From Octopus bimaculoides (taxonomy: Eukaryota), in NCBI RefSeq assembly GCF_001194135.2, contig NC_069007.1:3605494-3665458 (forward strand): a stretch of DNA of 59,965 nucleotides, in the 5' to 3' direction. The notes beneath the pieces are model-generated. The model did not search any database, was not told the origin of the DNA, and saw only the letters and a program-made list of their open reading frames with translations. Every line of letters begins with the position of its first letter. Positions within the stretch are counted from its first letter, which is position 1. The position numbers were made by a program, and so were the translations under genes. This document shows positions 53,108-59,965 of this stretch, piece after piece.

Positions 53108-53619
53108 GTTAACGAGAAGAACGACATTTGGCTGTAAAAATGACCTCAATAACAAATTCGTTCATCTCGCGCAAACTTGGCAAAAGCGACCGTAAAACGA
53201 ACCAACACACACACACACACACACACACTCGAGTGAGTGGACAAACGAAGCAGAAAGGCACTCGGACCAATTTAGTGAGAGCTCCGATTATTAAAACAGT
53301 TTGATTCAGTTCCATGAGACTTAAATTTCGCGGGCCCCTAACAGAAGCCCGTCTCTTATAGACACGGATTAAGAAAACGAAACCCGTCCAATCATGAATG
53401 CATGGATTTATTTATTTATTCATTTTTCGTTTTCTTCCAATCCCCAATAGATTGTTTTTTCCTCACGGTTGTAGTTTTACATGTTGATGACGCATGTTGC
53501 ATTAATTTTTTCGAAAAACTAATAATAATCAAGATAGAAGCATTTAAAGCTACATATCTTTAACCAATGTAATTAGTCCAGTGTCTCCACGAGCGGAATC
53601 GAAACTATTTGGTGTCAGA

Positions 53620-53633
53620 GTTGCCATGGCAAC
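53620..53633. promoter_or_regulatory. Perfect palindromic RFX X-box GTTGCCATGGCAAC
   Basis: Exact 14-bp canonical X-box palindrome in non-repeat sequence. Confidence 0.6.
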
Positions 53634-55592
53634 AAACACTCATTCGCTCACTTTCACACAAACATACACACACACACACACTCACTCACTCACACATATT
53701 TCATATCTTGTAAGTTACTTGGTGACTTCACAAGTTCTGGTGCCACGTAAAATGCCCCCAGTACACTCTGTAAAGTGGGTGGCATTAGGAAGAGCATTAG
53801 GAAGAGCCATAAGAAACCATGCCAAAGCAGACAGTCTTGGAGCAGTCTTCTGGCTTACCAGCTGCTGAACAAATCGTCCAACCCATGCCAGCATGGAAAA
53901 CAGACATTAAATGATAATGGTGATGATGATGATGATATATATATAGACATACACACCCACACGGCTCAGTCAAAGGTTGAACATGTATCTCATGTAACCC
54001 ACATGAGATTTTTTCCTGGTTCTCTCCTTTTTCTTTCTTTTCCTCTCTTCCCTGTCTTTCCCTGGAATTTCCTCTTGTATCCAACAAAGGGACAGTTGCA
54101 TATGTTATCCTTTTATTCTATGACTTTTTACCTTCCTAATAACATTTACTGTGATACCTTTGATTTCAGTTGTTTTTGTTATTTGTATTTGTTTTTATAC
54201 ATATAAACGCTACATTAAATAATACTTGATATATAAAACATATTGTGAAGATTTTCTTCTAATCTGATGGAGATTAAACCAGTGAAATATTGGATTTTAT
54301 TAATCCCTAATGAGGACATGACATCCTTGAAATGACTGTATATATATATATATATATCATCATCATCATCATCATCATCGTTTAACGTCCGCTTTCCATG
54401 CTAGCATGGGTTGGACGATTTGACTGAGGACTGGTGCAACCGGATGGCTACACCAGGCTCCAATCTAATTTGGCAGAGTTTCTACAGCTGGATGCCCTTC
54501 CTAACGCCAACCACTCAGAGAGTGTAGTGGGTGCTTTTACGTGTCACCCGCACGAAAACGGCCACGCTCGAAATGGTGTCTTTTATGTGCCACCCACACA
54601 AGAGCCAGTCCAGGGGCACTGGCAACGATCNNNNNNNNNNNNNNNNNNNNNNNNNNNNNNNNNNNNNNNNNNNNNNNNNNNNNNNNNNNNNNNNNNNNNN
54701 NNNNNNNNNNNNNNNNNNNNNNNNNNNNNNNNNNNNNNNNNNNNNNNNNNNNNNNNNNNNNNNNNNNNNNNNNNNNNNNNNNNNNNNNNNNNNNNNNNNN
54801 NNNNNNNNNNNNNNNNNNNNNNNNNNNNNNNNNNNNNNNNNNNNNNNNNNNNNNNNNNNNNNNNNNNNNNNNNNNNNNNNNNNNNNNNNNNNNNNNNNNN
54901 NNNNNNNNNNNNNNNNNNNNNNNNNNNNNNNNNNNNNNNNNNNNNNNNNNNNNNNNNNNNNNNNNNNNNNNNNNNNNNNNNNNNNNNNNNNNNNNNNNNN
55001 NNNNNNNNNNNNNNNNNNNNNNNNNNNNNNNNNNNNNNNNNNNNNNNNNNNNNNNNNNNNNNNNNNNNNNNTTTTTGACTTGCGGACCCCTTTGTATTTT
55101 AGGCTTTACCTTAGGGACCCCCTTATAAACGCTTATGAAATTTATACATAAATATTTGCTTAAAATAACATATATTTTTGCATTTATTTATTTAACAGTA
55201 TTTAACAAATAGGTTTATTGTCAATTAAAAGATTTCGATTAAAAAACATATATAAAATCAAATTGCCCATAAGAAGTATTTGCTGTCCACGGATCCCCTG
55301 TCTTGTCCTTGCGGACCCCCTGTGGTTCGTGGACCACAGTTTGAAAACCCCTGGCTTAGGAAAACTGAAGGGCCACTGCAATAAGTGTGTGAATCTGAGA
55401 GGGGAATATGTTGAATAAAATCATAATTAACTGATCCTCCTGTATTTTCTTTTACCCAAAGCCAGGGGCTTTTCAGCCTCACCCCCTAGTATAGTATCTA
55501 TGTATGCATGTATTTATATCATGCGTGTCAATGACTCTGTATTTATCGTCTTCTCTTTTCTCTATTTCAGCCAGTATCAGAAACTTTGAAAG

Positions 55593-56342
55593 ATGGCTGC
55601 TGTTGAGAGTTTAAGCATTCACGACTCGTTGAAAACCGGAGTAGCAAAAGAACACGAGGAAGCTGAAAATGGCATTTTCACTCAGTCGATTATGAAAGGG
55701 ACTGTGACCCCTGCCATCTACCGCCAGTTCCTTGCCGAACTTTATGAAATCTACAAAGCAATTGAAGAAACAGCTGAACTAAACAAAGAACACGAAACAT
55801 TCGGAGTGACACATTTTCCGACCGAGTTGAACCGCGTCGGAGCAATCGAGAAGGATCTGGAGTATTACTACGGCGCCAACTGGAAAGAAGAAGCAAAGAG
55901 TCAAGTGCCAACAACAACGAAATATGTGGCCAGAATAAAGGAGGTGGGCAAAACTAACCCAACTCTGTTGATCGCACACTGCTACGTGCGATATCTTGGT
56001 GACATGTCAGGTGGAAAGCAAATAAAATATAAACTGATGAAGCATTTTAATCTGGGTTCTTCTGAAGATGGTGTTGCATTCTTTGTATTTGACCAGATTG
56101 ACAACGTGGCCCATTTCAAAGACTATTACTTTGGTCGCATGAATTCCATCAGCATTAACGATGACCAATTGGCAGATCTGGTCGCCGAAGCGAAGAAGGC
56201 TTTCCAGTTCAATATTGATCTTTTTAAAGACATGAATGACTTTGTTCAGAGAATGAAATTGCCACAAGAAAACATTTCTAGTGATCCATCGAAGATGGAA
56301 ACGTTTTATAACAATTTCAAAAGTTTATTCAGTTCTTCATAA
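55593..56342 (+). CDS. HMOX: Heme oxygenase, 249 aa, single coding exon, no C-terminal transmembrane anchor
   Basis: Proximal His21 in KEHEEAEN; FPTELNR; signature AHCYVRYLGDMSGG (55974-56015); FKDYY..RMN; EAKKAFQFN. Acceptor ttttctctatttcAG ends at 55570; an in-frame TGA precedes the ATG. Confidence 0.96.
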   Translation: MAAVESLSIHDSLKTGVAKEHEEAENGIFTQSIMKGTVTPAIYRQFLAELYEIYKAIEETAELNKEHETFGVTHFPTELNRVGAIEKDLEYYYGANWKEEAKSQVPTTTKYVARIKEVGKTNPTLLIAHCYVRYLGDMSGGKQIKYKLMKHFNLGSSEDGVAFFVFDQIDNVAHFKDYYFGRMNSISINDDQLADLVAEAKKAFQFNIDLFKDMNDFVQRMKLPQENISSDPSKMETFYNNFKSLFSSS

Positions 56343-56486
56343 TCAGTTGTGATCCATTCTGTAGACTTCTAGTTATTTTTTTCCATAGTTTAAGATCATT
56401 TCCTCGACTTTTTCACCAATGTGATAAGGAAAAGAGAGAAAAATAACCTCAAACATGGTTCAGTGCTCTTTTTTTTTTTATATATA

Positions 56487-56566
56487 AATAAACATGTCTT
56501 CCCATTAAAAAAAAAATTGTGAATGGGATACTCGTAAATAAAAGTTAAATTTATTATGAAAATAAA
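56487..56566 (+). terminator. HO polyadenylation signals
   Basis: AATAAA at 56487, 56537 and 56561, about 145-225 nt after the stop codon. Confidence 0.6.
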
Positions 56567-57044
56567 TTTGTTTCACACTAGGACTTCAAGTTTTATCTGA
56601 CAGCTTGTTTGACTGGGTTTTTTTTTATGTCACAGTCAAAACTAGTTCATTGATGTATGTTAGTGTGTGTGTTCTTCTGCATATATACATGTATTCATAT
56701 GTCAGTATATTTATATAGTATATATATATATATATATATGTGCATGTGTGTATACATATTTCTATTCACACACACACACACATATGCATATGTGTATATA
56801 TGCACATATATTTATATATCTGTATGTGTGTATGTATGTGTATATATATATATATATATACAGATAGATATATGTATACATGCATAACTACATGAAGACA
56901 CATGTATACATATGTATTTGTGTGTAGAGATATGTATGTGTACATAAACACACCTATCTGAACAAATGTTAGTTATTTTCAGCACAATTATGCATGATAA
57001 TATACACTCACATATATATACATGTATATGGATATATGCATATA

Positions 57045-57078
<34 letters not shown>

Positions 57079-57302
57079 CACAGAATTTCTAGAAAAACTT
57101 TTTAGACTTCAAACTTTTCTCATTCATGTTTTTTAATCATCCTTTCTTCTACTAATACTGCTTCACATTTTGACCGTTTATCCTGATTCCCCCCACGTTG
57201 ACTTCCACTTGACTAGGTATGAGACGTTATGGCCCAGCCATTTTGGCACTGCCTCTTTGGCATCGCTGATTCTATGCTGACTTATTTGACATCAGATTTT
57301 TC

Positions 57303-57520
57303 AATCCTTTGGCATTCAGATTATCCTGCCGAATGCAATGCTTATATATTCATATTGTTTTGAAATAATCATGTATTTATCTTCTAGATTTAAGATATTG
57401 ATGGTGTGGTTGTTTATGTTTAGAATGACATTGTAGGGTAGGTGTGAGAGGCTGGATCTGGACAGTTTGAGCAATAAAAATGGATAGAATATTTGGGTTG
57501 GTTTAAATGCTAATGGGTTA
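57303..57520. mobile_element. Second piggyBac-like MITE family; an interrupted inverted copy lies at 10127-10850
   Basis: Ends TCCTTTGGCATT ... AATGCTAATGGG|TTAA; internal homology to 10127-10260 and 10815-10850. Confidence 0.55.
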
Positions 57521-57637
57521 ATGTTTCTCTTGTCCCCCCCCCCTCTCTGTTTGTGTGAGAGGACATATTTTTCTTTATGTGACAGAGGAGAGAGAAAGTG
57601 TCTGTAAATCGTGTTTGCAATTGTATTGTCTCTCCCT

Positions 57638-57685
<48 letters not shown>

Positions 57686-58419
57686 ATGAGGAGAGAGGAA
57701 GTCTATATCAGTTTGTGTTCAATTAATAAATTGTAATGCGTCTCTCCCCCCACTCTCTCTCTGCATGTATATTTCTGTGCATGTGTGGGAGTCGTCTCCA
57801 GTGCCAAAAAGCACTGTTGGCAAAACAGGTTTAGCCTCCAGTCAGCCATGCCAAATTGCCAATGTCCAAAAAAAGCTGTACCCAATCATCTCATCCTAAC
57901 CTTGACCACATCGTGGACACACTCTTTGACTACTGTATATACACTCATCTACAAGCATTATCTTTTAAGTGATGTTAATAATAATAATAGTAATAATACT
58001 ATTCGGTGATTGGACTATATAAATATGTGACTATGAATAGATATATAAATTTATATATTTTAATAAATGATTTTTTAAAAAATCTGGATTTTTGTTTTTA
58101 ATTGTGACTTAATTCTAATTTAATAAATGTTAGTTTGTTTTTAAGAGCATTGTGGTACAGAAAAAGAAAAGGAAAAATATAGAAAGCTGCGAAGAATGCA
58201 GAAAGTTTTACAAAGACCCTTTTTTTTTCAGGCACAAAGGCCCAACCGGAGAAGGAAGCAATCCCCAAAAATGTCCAGTTATATTGATGTCATTATTTTA
58301 TTTAAACTGCTTAGTATTTTGGGTTAGCAGCAGTAGCAGCCACTCTCCAACTGCTGGTGCAAGCAACTCTCCAGCCATTGGTTGTTGTAATGTATTTTCA
58401 CATGGTGGTGGTGGTGGCG

Positions 58420-58900
58420 GCGGGAGAGGCGATTGTGATGTTTCTATGCTCCTGAGAAGATCTTCAAACCCCTCCTTGATCTTAGCCAACAGCTCAGCTT
58501 TGGTGTTGCAGGCAGAATGATTGGGGCCTTCTTCAACTGAACCCCCTCACACAGTAATCTAGGGAATTACAATCAAGGGAATCAGAACACCAGAAATTGG
58601 GGCCGGTGAAGTTGTAGAAATTCTCTAACAACCACTTCTGACTCTTTCAGGGGGTATGCCAAGGAGCCAAATCCTTCTGCCACACATATGGCCTTCCAGC
58701 AGCAACCCTCTCCTGCCAGAATTTGATCAGAGTTTCCAACAGCTTCATGTGGCTGTCTGAACTGAGCCTAAGACCCTGTTCGTCTGTTGTTGGATGAATT
58801 CCAGTGTGCTGCAGATGCCATCAGAATGGCCTCTGTGGTTCCTTCCTTCTGGCCAAGGCTTTGTAGTTTCTATTGTAGCTGTCCATGTCATGTCTTACAA
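58420..58900 (-). pseudogene. Tc1/mariner DD37D (maT-type) transposase relic
   Basis: YVWQKDLAPWHTP*KSQKWLLENFYNFTGPNFWCSDSLDCNSLDY; 37 residues between the last two Asp; in-frame stop. Confidence 0.8.
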
Positions 58901-59296
58901 CCTCTACAATGTTCACAGAATATAAAACAGCAGTCATGCTATCGGCATTTTGATACAAATGGCGCAAATCATCATAATACAAGTAACAGAATGAGAAGCA
59001 CACTCTAAAACGGTATATTTAGTTGCTTGTTTGTTATAGCCGGTCAGAGAGTGACCATTGGTTTAGTACCTACAAAGTGTTTAGCTGATTAGGTGAGACA
59101 CACTCTGTGGGTATGTTTAATATATATATACAAGGGGTGCTAGAAAGTTCCTGGCTTTAAGGGTGTCACAAAAGGCCTGGTTGGAGGCCCAACCTTCCAA
59201 GATCTTTTATAGGACTTAGAAAAACTGAAGGACCACTGCAATAAGTGTGTGATTCTGAGAGAGGAGTATATTGAATAAAATCAAAATTAACTGATC

Positions 59297-59334
<38 letters not shown>

Positions 59335-59592
59335 AATAATAATAAATGGAGCAAAACGCATATAAACAAAAGTTCCTTTAATTCCGACATATGTTTCAAA
59401 ATATATGTGCACTCTACTCCAAAGAAGTAAGAACTGCTGGAATTCCACATATATTCATCGTCAGGGAACCAACATATAGAAGCAAGACAAATGCGAAATG
59501 ATGAGGTTACATACGAGTTATAATATTATGTGGCCAAGTAAGTGACCGTTAGAAACAAGAACGCTGGTTTACATAGAGTAATTACGTGTGTG

Positions 59593-59624
<32 letters not shown>

Positions 59625-59965
59625 GGGTGCATCAGTTTTTTGAGGCTACCTCTTTTAAGAGCTCTAACTTTCATCTGACCCATGTTTTTACCTTGCTTTT
59701 CTGAAAAAACATTTCAGACATCAGGTGGATTCACCGAAAAAAAAGAAAACAAAAAAAAAAGACACTGTAAATGTTGTCTTGAAAGTGCAGCAGAATGATA
59801 GAGAGAGAGTTCTCTTCTCAACTCCAGGACTTATTCTTTTAAGCCTAGTATTTATTCTAGTCATCCCTATTACCAAACCACTAATTCATGCGGACATAAA
59901 CACACCAACACCGGTTGTCAACCAGTGATGGGGGGAGGGGGTAGCACAGATACAAAGACACACAC

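Overview
Repeat-rich, AT-rich animal genomic DNA with several N gaps. The SINE families and the (TA)n/(CA)n/(TAA)n/(CAT)n/(GATA)n microsatellites look like an Octopus-type cephalopod (inference, not searched). Two protein-coding genes are supportable, arranged divergently. (1) Minus strand: a CATIP (C2orf62) orthologue. I reconstructed it by hand as join(23226-22722, 21468-21230, 20251-20165, 17250-17190, 16756-16650, 15431-15307, 14089-14007, [missing exon], 5820-5593), with GT-AG junctions in matching phase. The missing exon very probably lies in the gap at 9908-10126, since its donor is visible at 9901. (2) Plus strand: a heme oxygenase whose whole CDS (55593-56342) is in one exon. It lacks the C-terminal membrane anchor and has Phe at the position of HO-1 Arg183, a regiospecificity determinant. 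The rest is transposon debris: at least four SINE families, Tx1/RTE/CR1-like/R4-Dong LINE fragments, mariner- and piggyBac-type MITEs and a DD37D transposase relic. There are also several orphan promoter or first-exon-like modules. The best candidates for follow-up are the atypical soluble HO, RFX X-boxes at both genes, a nested promoter with a 32-codon ORF inside CATIP, a 149-bp-arm intronic palindrome and a twin-priming-like RTE inversion. I cannot demonstrate a wholly new system from sequence alone. No rRNA, true tRNA or CRISPR array was seen.
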